From NCBI GenBank assembly GCA_023205875.1, contig CP060759.1, forward strand, positions 806,001 through 870,000: 64,000 nucleotides of DNA, read 5' to 3'. Both the position numbers and the translations under genes were made by a program. Below the pieces are notes generated by a model that was not told the origin of the DNA, did no database searches, and saw only the letters and a program-made list of their open reading frames with translations. Below, one piece after another: positions 31,159 through 42,083 of this stretch. The DNA is from Chloropicon primus. Lineage: Eukaryota. Every line of letters begins with the position of its first letter. Position 1 is the stretch's first letter.

Positions 31159-33864
31159 CTAGCCTTCGGCCTCGAGGACGCCAGTGCTACCACCTACCAC
31201 GACCGCGCCTGTCTGGCCACGAGCGACGTTCAAAAACACTTCTTCCAGGCTGGACAAGTTGAGTTGCAAGCCCTGCAGGCCGAGCTCCGCCTTGGCCTTC
31301 TCCACCTTCTCGAGGATGCCCCTCGCGGCGTCCGCGTCGAAGTGGCTGAGGCTGTAAGTCAGGGTGTCGTTACTCTGATCGATAGGCTGGTAGCCCACGA
31401 GCGCGTTCAGCTTCGAGATCACGTCTTCCGCGTGCGTTGGCTCCCGCATGATCCTCTCTTTGCTGAGCTGCACGAGCAGCTTGTAACCCGACCCAAAGTT
31501 CGATTTCAGCCTCACGCTGCTCCCGATACAATGCAGCTCCCCCTTGGAAAGGATTGCGATTCTATTCCCCAAAATGTCTGCTTCCTCCATCGAGTGCGTC
31601 GTCAGCACGATGACTCTTCCCTTCGCCGCCTCCTGGATGACCGTCCACATGTGCCTTCTCGTGACGGGGTCAAGGCCGGTCGTCGGCTCGTCCAGGAATA
31701 TCACGCTGGGATCGTGAATGAGCGAGATCGCGACAGAGACCCTCCTCCTCATTCCCCCAGAGTACTGGGACACTGGCTTGTCAGCGTCCTTGCTCAGCTG
31801 AACCATCTCGAGCTTTTGCTCGGCCTCCAATTTGGCCTCCGCCTTGGACATTCCCTTCAAAGTGGCGAAGATTTCAAGGTGCTCCCTTCCCGTCAGCGTC
31901 TCCCAGAGGGTGTCAAACTGGGGGCAGACTCCCAGGAACGTTCTGATCTTGTCCAGCTCGTACTTGACGCTGTAACCGAACATCAGGGAGTCGCCACAAG
32001 TCGGCTTCAGCGTCCCTGTGAGGCAGTTGATCAGCGTTGTCTTTCCTGCTCCGTTGGGGCCGAGCAAGCAGAAGATTTGGCCCTCACCCACGCTGAGCCA
32101 CACACCTTTGACGGCTTCGAACTTCGTCCCGCACGGACTGAAAGGCGACGCGTAAGTCTTTTTTATGCCAAACACCGCCATTGCCGTTCTCTCGTCCTCC
32201 GTCTCCGTCGTCTCCTGGCCAGACACTATTCTCCTGAGCTTGTCGGCCAAGACGTCCTCCTCCCTGCGCACGTCCTCGTTCCGCTCCCCAGCGCCAGGGC
32301 TGGCATCGCTAGCCTGCTTGTCGCTGACGATCTGGCCGAAATGCTCCTCGCCGTTGTACTTCTTTGGGAACCAGTAGTGCGGGTCCAGGAAGTAGTAGAA
32401 CGGCTTGTAGTTGTTGTGCTCGTTGGGAACGATGTGGTCCAGGTAAATCGCGATCAGCAGCAAGATGAACATCTCCACGGCAAGCCACGAGTAAATCTCG
32501 TCGAGAGGCATGGAACAGTTTGGCTTCGTGTACACCCCGGGGGTGAAAGTCACGTCGCTGAACTTATCGGTCACGCAGTAGGACGATCTTTCGTTCCACC
32601 TGATTCCGGGCGACTCCTTGGTCGCCGTGGCGTCGCCAAAGTCCTGAAGACCCTTCGCGAGCAGGTTCCACGGGAAGATCGAAAGAATCATGTAGAACAC
32701 GTAGTTCAGGCCCTCCTCGTACTTTCCGTCGTAAGGCCAGCCGGAAAGGATGACTGATGTCATGATGTACCCCAAGAAGTAGACGAAGAACCCGATGGAA
32801 ACAGCTGACTGCGGTTTCCTCATGAACGCGAAGAAAATGAAAGCGAAACCGGACATGGCCATCTGGAACAGGAAGAACAGGAAGAACGTCAAGCCGTAGT
32901 TGTTCTTCAAGAAGATCCTGAACTGGAACATCATGCCGAACAGAACGATGAAGGTCGACGACATGAAGTTGGTCACCACTTCCCACAAGTACCACGAGAT
33001 CCAGAAGGAAGACTCGAGCATGCCGACGTTCCTCATCCCTTGCCTCTGGCCCGTCTGCCTCTCGGTGACAAGGGCAGTGAGGGTCGCCACGAAGTTGAAC
33101 ATGCCAACGGCGTACAAGAAGGGAGCGGCGAACTCGGGGATCCTGGACTCTATCACCATGGGGGGGTGCGCAAAACTGTTCACGCCCACCGACCAAGAGA
33201 TGTCCGCCTGGCTGCTCGAGCTGCCGTACTTGTATCTGGCCAGCATTTTGGTGCTCTCCCTCTCGATGGCCACCTGCACGGGAACCTGCGAGAAGAAGTT
33301 CGGGCTCTGGAACTCGTTCTTGAAGTACCTCACGGACGAGTTCGTCTGCAGGTCGTAATCAATGCCCGTGGGCTTCCCCCCGACCATCTCAACATCCAGG
33401 AAGACGGTGGCCTGGGCCCTCTCCTTGTTCGCGTCGAGCCACGCGTCCATCTCGGCCGCCGTCTCCATGCCCAAGAACCTCCCCGGCCTGCTCCCCGAGC
33501 TGACGATCACACTCTCCACCACCTCCTTCACGTAAGGATTGCTCTGGGGCGCATACAGCAAGTTGTAGCAGGGCTTCTTGTCCGAATTCTTCAAGTAAAG
33601 GTCCTCCGAGCAGTCCGGTATGGCGTTCAACGAGCGAACCTCCGGGTCGAACACGTTCTGGAAGAGCTCACTGTCCGCCATGTCCGCCTGCAAGGCGATG
33701 TCCACCAGAAAGATGATAAGAATGAACCCGAAGGATGCCCCTATCCTCAGGAGGGGCGAGTTCGCCCCCCTGAGCGTCGTTATCGCATTCTTTTTCAGCA
33801 GCACCGAGACCTGGTTGTACACGGACTTGAAGTACCCTTGTCGGGGCTTCAATGCGATCTTCAT
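31159..33864 (-). CDS. ABCA-subfamily half transporter
   Basis: TM domain then GPNGAGKTT, GVCPQFD, YSGGMRRR, FLDEPTTGLDP, LTTHSMEEAD. Confidence 0.93.
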   Translation of the reverse strand: MKIALKPRQGYFKSVYNQVSVLLKKNAITTLRGANSPLLRIGASFGFILIIFLVDIALQADMADSELFQNVFDPEVRSLNAIPDCSEDLYLKNSDKKPCYNLLYAPQSNPYVKEVVESVIVSSGSRPGRFLGMETAAEMDAWLDANKERAQATVFLDVEMVGGKPTGIDYDLQTNSSVRYFKNEFQSPNFFSQVPVQVAIERESTKMLARYKYGSSSSQADISWSVGVNSFAHPPMVIESRIPEFAAPFLYAVGMFNFVATLTALVTERQTGQRQGMRNVGMLESSFWISWYLWEVVTNFMSSTFIVLFGMMFQFRIFLKNNYGLTFFLFFLFQMAMSGFAFIFFAFMRKPQSAVSIGFFVYFLGYIMTSVILSGWPYDGKYEEGLNYVFYMILSIFPWNLLAKGLQDFGDATATKESPGIRWNERSSYCVTDKFSDVTFTPGVYTKPNCSMPLDEIYSWLAVEMFILLLIAIYLDHIVPNEHNNYKPFYYFLDPHYWFPKKYNGEEHFGQIVSDKQASDASPGAGERNEDVRREEDVLADKLRRIVSGQETTETEDERTAMAVFGIKKTYASPFSPCGTKFEAVKGVWLSVGEGQIFCLLGPNGAGKTTLINCLTGTLKPTCGDSLMFGYSVKYELDKIRTFLGVCPQFDTLWETLTGREHLEIFATLKGMSKAEAKLEAEQKLEMVQLSKDADKPVSQYSGGMRRRVSVAISLIHDPSVIFLDEPTTGLDPVTRRHMWTVIQEAAKGRVIVLTTHSMEEADILGNRIAILSKGELHCIGSSVRLKSNFGSGYKLLVQLSKERIMREPTHAEDVISKLNALVGYQPIDQSNDTLTYSLSHFDADAARGILEKVEKAKAELGLQGLQLNLSSLEEVFLNVARGQTGAVVVGGSTGVLEAEG

Positions 33865-34024
33865 GGTGCGTCCCTCTCGGTCGCACACGCGAGCGCTTCC
33901 CTGGCGCCTCGTCTTCCACTCAAGTGTCGCCGTCACAGCGCAAGTCCAGATCTTTGAATTGTAAGATGCCTCTCGTCTCCGAATTCTACATTACACTCAT
34001 CTCTCCTTCTTTCGCTCCTGGCTG

Positions 34025-34066
34025 GAGGAAGGAGAAGGAGAAGGAGAAGGAGAAGGAGAAGGAGAA
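34025..34066. repeat. (GAAGGA)n microsatellite
   Basis: About 6 tandem units in the ABCA / amino-acid-transporter intergenic region. Confidence 0.85.
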
Positions 34067-34422
34067 CCAAGCTGGTTTGAAACACGGGTTCCTCTCTATC
34101 ACCTCACGCCGATGCCCGCCATGGTTCATGGACGCCCCCCGTGCCATTGTCCTCTCTCTTTTCCAATCTCCTCGCTTGTTTCTTTGGCCAGAGAAGTAAA
34201 AGTGTCAGTAACGCCCATGGGCTACCCCTGTAGCAGAGAGGAGTGGTGACCTTGTACTGGCGTGACTCCAAGAGAGAGGAGCAGCGGGTGGGCGGCGGGC
34301 GTTCGGGCAGTGGGTGAGAGGGGCTTCGAGGCCACGCAGGGGTTCCGTTCGTTGCGCGAGTCGACATTCCGCCAACGCCGTTCGTTTGGCGCACGGCGAC
34401 GTGGGACACGAAGAAAGGAAGG

Positions 34423-35955
34423 ATGAGTAGCGAACTCATGAAGCATGATTCGATGACGGACTTCGGGGGGGGGGAGCAGGAGTCCGTCGAGGTCGTCCAG
34501 CGATCCGGACTGTTCGGAAAGCTCCTGGAGGTGGAGCGAGAGAGCTGCCAGTCGGTCGTGAAGTCGATGCGCAGCGCGCACTCGTACAGGTCGTCCGTGT
34601 CCAGGATATCCACCAAGGAGTGGGCCAAGGGCGAGGGGGGAATGGGGACAGCGCCCCCGCAGCACGCCGCCTGGCCCTCCATCGCGGCGATCATGATCAG
34701 CGAGGTGGTGGGTGCGGGTGTGCTGACGCTGGCTGGAAAGTACGCGCAGCTCGGGTGGGTCATCCCGACCATCGCGATCGTCGTCATCTTCTTCCTCGTG
34801 GTGTACACGAGCAGCATGATGGTCAAGGTGAGGCAAGTGTTCCCGGCGATCGTTTGCCTGAGCGACGCGGCGGACTACACCTACGGAAGGGTCGCGAGGA
34901 TCGTCACTCAAGTCTTTGTGATCACCTACCTCGTCTTCACCCTCGGCGACTACATTCTGCTCGTGGGGAAGTCGCTGGGCTCCGCGCTGTACTCCGTGCA
35001 CCTCTGCTTCCCGATCTGGACTCTCATCGGTGCGGCCGCCCTGCTGCCCATAGTCCAGCTCCGCACGCTGAACTCCACCACAATTCTCTGCGGAATCAAC
35101 ATGGTGACGATATTGGTCGCGATTGCTCTCGTGATCGCCGGCCTCGCCCTGGACGGGAGGGCCGAGGACGTGCAGAGCCCGGTCATCGCGGAGAACTTGG
35201 ACTTCATGGGATTCTTCCAGGGGCTCAGCGCAATCTTCTTCACCTTCGGGGGCCAATTCATGTTCTACGAGCTGATGGCCGAGATGAAGGTCTACACCGA
35301 TTTCCCCAAGACCTTTACCATAGCGGGGCCGTTCCAGGTGCCAGTCTACCTCCTGGTCGGGATGATAGGGTACTACTACAAGGGCACCGAAGCTTCGAGC
35401 TACTTTTTGGACAACCTGGGCTTTGGGGTGATGTTCCGAGTCGCGAGCGCCATGCTCGCATTCCACATGATGATCGCTTTCCTCATCCTCTGCAACGTGC
35501 TGGCCAGAATTATCCACCTCTCGGTGAGCCCTCGGGTGAACGACCTGGGGTGGAGGGGGAAGCTCGAGTGGTTCGGCTGCACGTTCTCGGTCGTCGTCCT
35601 GTCCTTCGTTGTTTCGAACGCGGTTCCTTTTTTTGACTTGCTGACTTCCCTCATCGGGGGTCTGCTCGTTCCGACGTTGAACTTGATATTCCCGGTCATT
35701 TTCTACACCAAAACTCGAATCATGGTGCAGGACAAGTTGAAGTGGTGGGAGTGGGTCATCAACTCGTGCCTGGTCGTCTTCGGCGTGCTCGTCACCGTCG
35801 TCTCCACCATCGAGAACTTCCGGGCCATCATCAACCAGTGGTCTTCCTTCGGGGCGCCCTTCAGCTGCCACTGCCAGGACCTCTGGGATACGTGCGACTG
35901 CTCCCTCGAGCGCATGGACTTTAGCGGGTACAACTGCACGGCGTACCTCCCCTAG
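34423..35955 (+). CDS. AAAP-family amino acid transporter
   Basis: SEVVGAGVLTL...AQLGW, FTFGGQ...ELMAEMK, AVPFFDLLTSLIG; about 11 TM. Confidence 0.88.
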   Translation: MSSELMKHDSMTDFGGGEQESVEVVQRSGLFGKLLEVERESCQSVVKSMRSAHSYRSSVSRISTKEWAKGEGGMGTAPPQHAAWPSIAAIMISEVVGAGVLTLAGKYAQLGWVIPTIAIVVIFFLVVYTSSMMVKVRQVFPAIVCLSDAADYTYGRVARIVTQVFVITYLVFTLGDYILLVGKSLGSALYSVHLCFPIWTLIGAAALLPIVQLRTLNSTTILCGINMVTILVAIALVIAGLALDGRAEDVQSPVIAENLDFMGFFQGLSAIFFTFGGQFMFYELMAEMKVYTDFPKTFTIAGPFQVPVYLLVGMIGYYYKGTEASSYFLDNLGFGVMFRVASAMLAFHMMIAFLILCNVLARIIHLSVSPRVNDLGWRGKLEWFGCTFSVVVLSFVVSNAVPFFDLLTSLIGGLLVPTLNLIFPVIFYTKTRIMVQDKLKWWEWVINSCLVVFGVLVTVVSTIENFRAIINQWSSFGAPFSCHCQDLWDTCDCSLERMDFSGYNCTAYLP

Positions 35956-36395
35956 GAGCCGCAAGACCTTAAAATCAATAGTACATTCAAGTAATCCGAT
36001 TCAACAATTGCAGTTCACCTTCGTCACTGTGACTTGTCAATCACGAAATCGGTCAAGTAAGGTATCAATGGAAAGCCCGTGAGAATCACTTTCGATTGCC
36101 GCCTCCCTCGTTCCCTCCGTCGCTCGTCCTCGTCCCCCATTTGCGATGGTTTCGCAACCTCGCTCTGCTTCTCAATTTTCCCGGGAAGGAAGGAAATTAT
36201 TTAATGTGGAGCTTTTCCCGCCAATGACTCAACACAAACTATGGAAACCTAAGCAGCTTGACTCTGGCCGACCATACGATCGAGAAAGAGGGCGAGGGAG
36301 AGAGGCAGAGTTGTTCGCGTGCGTGCTGTGCGTGCGTGAGTGAGTGCGTGATCGAGTGAGAGTACTCAGTGGCTCGTTGGAGAGGAGACGAGACG

Positions 36396-37814
36396 ATGGC
36401 ATCCGGTGCGGTGTCGACGGGGTTCACCCCGATCCACAGCGGGGACCCGAAGGGAGCGAAGCAGAAGCAGAAGACGAGGGCGGCGAAGATTGTGTCCCTG
36501 TATGCGCAGCCTCCTCCGTACGATGCGGCTTTGGAGGAGCTCGAGACGTTCTCGCTGGACAGGCTGAAGGTTCTGAGGGGGATCGAGCGAGCGAGGCTGA
36601 GCAACTCGAGCGAGGCCGACGTCAGGAAGAAGACGAAGGAGCTCCTGAGGAAGTACGCGAGCGAGGGCGACGAGCTGCGGAGGGACCAGATCTCGCACTT
36701 CATGCTGCGCCTTGCGTACTGCCAGACGGAGGACCTGCGGAGGTGGCTCGTGGATCAGGAGGCGGACCTGTTCAAGGTTCGTTTCGAGGAGCTCGTTCAC
36801 AAGGAGCAGAAGGACTTCTTGCAGGAGATTGACCTCAAGGTCGGCGTCGTGGAGCAGGAGGAGTACGAAAGAGTGAAGAGCGGGCTTTCCGTGGTCCACG
36901 GCAAGAGCAGCAACGCCACGCACCGCGACTTCTTCAAGGTTCCCTTCGAGGCGGTCCCCTCGCTCGTCTCGACGAGGAGGGTCTTCCTCCACAAGGGCTG
37001 GGCTTACGTCGGAGCGAACCAGATGGGCCCCCTCGTGGTGGGGCACTTCAAGGCCCACCTGAGGAAGGCTCTGCAAACGGCGGCCAAGTCGTGGCCCCAC
37101 GTGGCTGCCACGGACGAGACCAACCGCCTTGCGCCAATAGTGGCCTTCCTGTCCAAGCAGTACCTCGGACCGGACTACAGCGAGGTGAAGGCAAACGGGA
37201 GCTCGGCGGCGACCTTGGAAGAGATACCTGCGCTGTCCCGCAGCCACTTTCCGCTGTGCATGAAGCACTTGTACAACTCCCTACAGTCGAACAACCACTT
37301 GAGGCACCAAGGAAGGATGCAGTTTGGACTTTTCCTGAAGGGCATTGGGCTGCCTTTGGACTCCGCGCTGCAGTTTTGGAAGAGGGCTTTTGCTCCCAAA
37401 GTGCAAGGAGACAAGTTCGACAAGCAGTACGCTTACAACATCAGGCACAATTACGGTAAGGAGGGAAAGCGTGCAGATTACACCCCCTACACCTGCATGA
37501 AGGTGATCAGCTCCACCCCAGGGTCGGGTGAGTACCACGGGTGCCCCTACAAGACCTTCAGTGAAAGCAACTTAAGGGCAACGCTCCAGCAGCTGCACAT
37601 CTCTGGGAGCGATCAGAAGCAGGTCGTGGAGCTTGCGAAGAACCACCACTACCAGCTTGCATGCGGCAAGGTGTTCCAGCTGACACACAATGGGGTTGTA
37701 GCCGACGAGGGGATCAACCACCCAAATCAGTTTTACGACCTCTCCAGGCAATGCTGCTCCAAGAATGATGCCCTTGCGCCCGCAACGCCAGGTTTCAAGC
37801 TAACCAACGAATGA
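36396..37814 (+). CDS. PRI2: DNA primase large subunit (Fe-S)
   Basis: DQISHFMLRLAYC, FPLCM, HLRHQGRMQFGLFLKGIG, YNIRHNYGKEGKR, HGCPY, HPNQFY. Confidence 0.95.
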   Translation: MASGAVSTGFTPIHSGDPKGAKQKQKTRAAKIVSLYAQPPPYDAALEELETFSLDRLKVLRGIERARLSNSSEADVRKKTKELLRKYASEGDELRRDQISHFMLRLAYCQTEDLRRWLVDQEADLFKVRFEELVHKEQKDFLQEIDLKVGVVEQEEYERVKSGLSVVHGKSSNATHRDFFKVPFEAVPSLVSTRRVFLHKGWAYVGANQMGPLVVGHFKAHLRKALQTAAKSWPHVAATDETNRLAPIVAFLSKQYLGPDYSEVKANGSSAATLEEIPALSRSHFPLCMKHLYNSLQSNNHLRHQGRMQFGLFLKGIGLPLDSALQFWKRAFAPKVQGDKFDKQYAYNIRHNYGKEGKRADYTPYTCMKVISSTPGSGEYHGCPYKTFSESNLRATLQQLHISGSDQKQVVELAKNHHYQLACGKVFQLTHNGVVADEGINHPNQFYDLSRQCCSKNDALAPATPGFKLTNE

Positions 37815-37861
37815 TAAGTGTAATACAATGAAGAATATACCCGGAGTCTTACTAGTTTACA

Positions 37862-39530
37862 TCAGTGCAAAGGGCTGAGGGGTTCCACGGAAGTGGACTG
37901 CAGGTGAAAGGAACAGACGAGCTTCCAGCTGTCTTCCTCCTGGAGACCGGGCTCGACTTCAGGAGCTGCTGGGGGCACCTCGATGGCCTCGTTTGCCTCT
38001 CCATTTCCAGCGAAAGTCTCGGTGGGCTCTGGTGGCTCGTCTTCGAAAATCAAGGGGGACGTCGACCTGTTCACAAACTTTGCTTTGAAGTTGGTGAAAA
38101 TCCTTGGCCTGACATGTTTCCAGCTATTCGCCCTTGTCGTGTCGCTGATTGGGGCGTTGGGGACCCTCGACTTCAGTTTTGGGAGTTTAGTGGGAGCTGC
38201 CTTCTTCTTCTGAACACCCTTGTGCTCCTTGGATTTCTTCGCAGAGCTGTTGGCACCCTTCAGCTTCGGCAGCACTTTCTTTGTGGTACGCCCGAAGGCC
38301 GCGTTCTTGTTCTGCTTCGAGGAAGAGGAAGCCAACAAGGCGTTCTCTTTGAGGTCCTTGATGAGATGCATCTGAATGTTCTTCTTTTCTTCCGCGATTC
38401 GTTTGATTCTCGCGTGGATCTCTTGCTGCCTCGCTAGCGAGGCCTCCCTCGCTTGTTGCTTCTTCTTGGCGGACATGACGTCAGCTTCCTTCCGCTTGTC
38501 CACCTCGTGCTTCATGGACAACTTGATTCTCTCCTCCTCCAACTTTTTTCGCATCTTTTTCCAATTTTTTCTCTTCTGAATCTCTTCGCTCGTGGGCTTC
38601 GAGACCAAAAGGCGATCCGCAGGCCTTGGGCTCACGTACTGCTTTGCCTTCTCTACCTCCTTCTCCTTCTCGCCAGCTCTCTTGGGAGATTCCTTGCCGC
38701 CTTTGCTCTGCGTGTTCTGAGAATGAGAGCTCTTGCTCTGCAGATTCTGATGAAAGTTGTTCCACCTCGGCCGCTCCCTGGTCACCTTCTTGGCCGAGCC
38801 CGGCTGGCTCTCTTGTGCGTTCTGGGCAGACGTCTTAGTCTTCAATTTTTTGTTGTGCGTGTCCGTGGCGCTGTGCGCTTGGCCAATCTTCACAATGGGC
38901 AAGTTGTACTTTGCAAGGAGTCCTTTTGACTTTTGGGGCCGGGACAACCCATGATACTCGTCGAACTCCTCGAGGTCACGCATGTCATTCGTGTCGAACT
39001 GCTCCAGCAGCTTGTCTATGTCTATGACGTTCCCTCTTTGCAGTGGGGTGACCGCGTGCTGGGATTCTTTCTCGTACCCGTTCCCCTCGTTCCTCGCGAA
39101 GTCATCGCCGTACTGGAATATCCCTCGCTGCTGCTTCTTGTGATGGTGGTGCAGAACACCCTTTTGGGGGTGAGGCGTCAACTGCGCGAGCTCTTCGCTC
39201 GCCAGGACCTGGTCCACCACGTACTGGTCCGGCATCCGCTTCCTTTCCTCTAGAGGCACCTGGGAGAATGTAGCAGAGTGGTCAGTCCAACGACGTTCCG
39301 GCCTCCCGCTGTGGGCTCACGCCCAACGGTCTCGCCTTTGCGGCTGCACTTACCTTTCTGCCTTCTCTGTATGGCGTTTCCTCCTCGTAGTACTCCTCGT
39401 CGTCCGCGAAAGTGTCATACGTTGCATTCAGGTTCCTTCCATGCTGGTGGTGGTGGTGGTCTCCAAAACCGTTCTGGTACGGAGGCGAGTCAACCTGGTT
39501 CGCTTCTAACCTAGCTAAAGAGAACTGCAT
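37862..39530 (-). CDS. Hypothetical Lys/Glu-rich coiled-coil protein; intron 39353-39260; 5' end uncertain
   Basis: Long ORF 37862-39259 joined in frame to an upstream exon by GTAAGT..CAG. Confidence 0.55.
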
Positions 39531-40072
39531 TTCGCATAAGAGGGGACCATACTTACGCGACCCGCGTCATGCATACTCACACTCTCCTCTTCCCCTGACG
39601 CCTTGCCTGCAGAGATGCGGATGCACCCAAAACGAAAACAAGTTCAGTCCCAGTTTTAGTCGTCGTTCCCTCGCCAGGACGTCTTTCGCTTCCACCGAGG
39701 GTCGGAAGCGGAAGAGGGGAGGAAGAACCATGCAATGTCGTCCCAACTCCTCCCCCGTTAGTCTCCTCCCCGTGGTCCACATTGTCCCAATACTCACCTC
39801 CTTCTGTCTCTCTCCTCTCCTCTCTCTCTGCAGGTTTCGAAAGTCAACCGACGGAGGGCGAGGAAGGGGGGAACGAAGGTGAGTGTGTGGGACGACGCGG
39901 ACGGCGAGGAGGACGAGAGGAAGGAAGGAAGGGAAGAAACTGGATGCATGGGGTCCTCTTCTTTCTTTTTCTTGCTTGGAGAGAGAGGACGTCGCGGTGA
40001 GCTGACGAGGAGATTTTGTTTTTTTGCGTTTGCAGACTTTTTGTTGACACAAGGGGGCTTTGCCCTTTGGTG

Positions 40073-41656
40073 ATGAGAAGCGCGGGACTTGGAGTGAGGT
40101 GGTTGTCTACGATGATGGTGGACCCGAACTCGGTGACGTTGCGGAACGTGAAGGACGTCCGATCGTGCGCAATCCTTGGGAAGGGAAAGAAGATTTACAT
40201 AGGGAACCTGCCGAGGGACCTGCACCACCAGGAGCTCGGCCGCCTGGTGAAGCAGACGTGCGAGACGGGCTTCGGCGAGATAGACCACGTGAGGGTCGCC
40301 CACGCCGAGGATGACCGCAGGAGAAGGCACAAGTCGAGGGACAAGACCAAGCTGAACGAGGGGTTCTGCTTCGTCAGGTTCAAGGCGGAGTCTTCTGCGG
40401 AGAAAGCTATGAAGGAGCTCTGCGCGAGCCCCGGCGGCCTCGCCTTCGAAGGCCTTGGGCCCCTCAAGGTGGAGTGGGCGAGGGATGTGCACAAGGAGGA
40501 CGTCGACCAGACGATGCTGCAGCAGAAGGAGGCGAAGAGGAAGCAGAGAAGCGAGCACAAGATCAGGCAGAGGAAGAGGAACAAGGAGAGGGAGGTCGAG
40601 GAGATCAAGACCATTCTTCAGCAGGTGCCCGAGCCTGCCGGGCAGGGCGCCATGGACCTGTTCAAGAACCTCGAGGAGTGCGATTTCCTGGCCGAGGGAG
40701 TGTCGAGATCGGAAGAGAGCCTGCGGGGGATTGGGACCCACGCCGCTCTGGACAGGAAGACCTTTGACATTGATTGGTCTCAAGTGCCCGTGGACTGCGA
40801 TCCGGGCGCAGGGGAGTGGTACGGCAGCGTCCACGAGGATCACGTGAAAAGGAGGAGGGAAAGGAAGAGGGACCAGGTGCGCAGCTTTGCGCTCGTTCTC
40901 GCTCACTTGGTCGGTGCCATGGCGAGGAGTAAGTCGGGCGCAGAGGCACCAAACCCTCAGGCGCGTGTTGTTGACTTTGGAAGCGGGAGCGGCGCTCTCG
41001 CCCTCCCCTTGGCCTTTCTCTTCCCTCAGCTTCACTTCCATGCCCTCGACATGAAGCCCAGGGCGATTAAGCTCCTGCTGGAGAAGGCTGAGAAGGGGGG
41101 TCTCAAGAACCTGACGGCCTCTCACGGCATGATCGAGCACTATGAAGATGAGTTCGACATCGGGCTCGCTCTCCATGCCTGTGGAAACGCCACCGACTAT
41201 TCCATGATCCAGTGCGTCAAGAACAGGGCCGCGTTTGCCCTGTGCCCTTGCTGCGTGGGAAAGCTCAAGTTCTCCCTCGCAGGCGGAAGCTCTTTTTCTG
41301 CCAAGTACAAGAACTACAGGGAGCTGCCCGACGGGGCCGGGGGGAAAGAGAGCGGAGGGCTGAAGCACCCAAGGTCAGATTGGATGAGGCAAAGCATCTC
41401 TCAAGACCAGTTTGCCCTGATCGCGAAAGCTGGGGACATCTCCCACGGCTGTGACCAAGACAACCACGGCCAGATTCACGGGTATGACAATCTCGCGAGA
41501 ACGTGCAAAGCCAACATTGAGTTTGACAGGTCCATGTATGCATCAGAGAATCAGTACGACACGGGTCTTTTTCGGCTGATTAACTCTGGAACCACGGCGA
41601 AAGCAGAGATCATCCTCGGAGTCCCGTATGCAAGCAAGGTAGAGGAGGGCGCCTAA
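40073..41656 (+). CDS. RRM plus class I SAM methyltransferase (GSTCD/Methyltransf_32-like)
   Basis: RNP2 IYIGNLP, RNP1 EGFCFVRF; RKRDQV, VVDFGSGSG, ALHACGNATD, CPCCVGK, HPRS. Confidence 0.8.
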   Translation: MRSAGLGVRWLSTMMVDPNSVTLRNVKDVRSCAILGKGKKIYIGNLPRDLHHQELGRLVKQTCETGFGEIDHVRVAHAEDDRRRRHKSRDKTKLNEGFCFVRFKAESSAEKAMKELCASPGGLAFEGLGPLKVEWARDVHKEDVDQTMLQQKEAKRKQRSEHKIRQRKRNKEREVEEIKTILQQVPEPAGQGAMDLFKNLEECDFLAEGVSRSEESLRGIGTHAALDRKTFDIDWSQVPVDCDPGAGEWYGSVHEDHVKRRRERKRDQVRSFALVLAHLVGAMARSKSGAEAPNPQARVVDFGSGSGALALPLAFLFPQLHFHALDMKPRAIKLLLEKAEKGGLKNLTASHGMIEHYEDEFDIGLALHACGNATDYSMIQCVKNRAAFALCPCCVGKLKFSLAGGSSFSAKYKNYRELPDGAGGKESGGLKHPRSDWMRQSISQDQFALIAKAGDISHGCDQDNHGQIHGYDNLARTCKANIEFDRSMYASENQYDTGLFRLINSGTTAKAEIILGVPYASKVEEGA

Positions 41657-42083
41657 GAAAGAGAATCCCCATATGGTTGTGATTAATACAAGTATCAATA
41701 AGAATGAAATTTCCCCAGAACTCTTGCTCCTTTGATGACCCCTTGTTTCTCTCTCTCTTTCTCTTTCATCTGCAGCAAGCCTGGCCATTGGATGAGACAG
41801 AGAGGGAGACAGGGAGACAGGGTGCAGGACAACGGCGAGTCTCTCTGCATTTCAAACACACGGCACGACCTCCTCCTCCTGCTCATCCCTCTCACACTTC
41901 CTCCTCTCACACACTCCAGTCGTGTGGTACACTCGTGTCATTTTAGGTGTGCGTTGACCCCAAGGACAATCAGGTCACCGCGGGGGAACCGGGGACGCCG
42001 GCCAAGAGGGGGAGGGACAGTGAAGAGGTGGCGGTCTTGCGTTCCGTTGTCTTCTCTTGTTGAGGAGGGGCTGAGGAGGAACC

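Noticed and set aside
39548..39557. ATACTTAC, resembling the U1 snRNA 5' end
   Set aside because: It is the reverse complement of a GTAAGTAT splice donor of the minus-strand gene; no U1 body follows.
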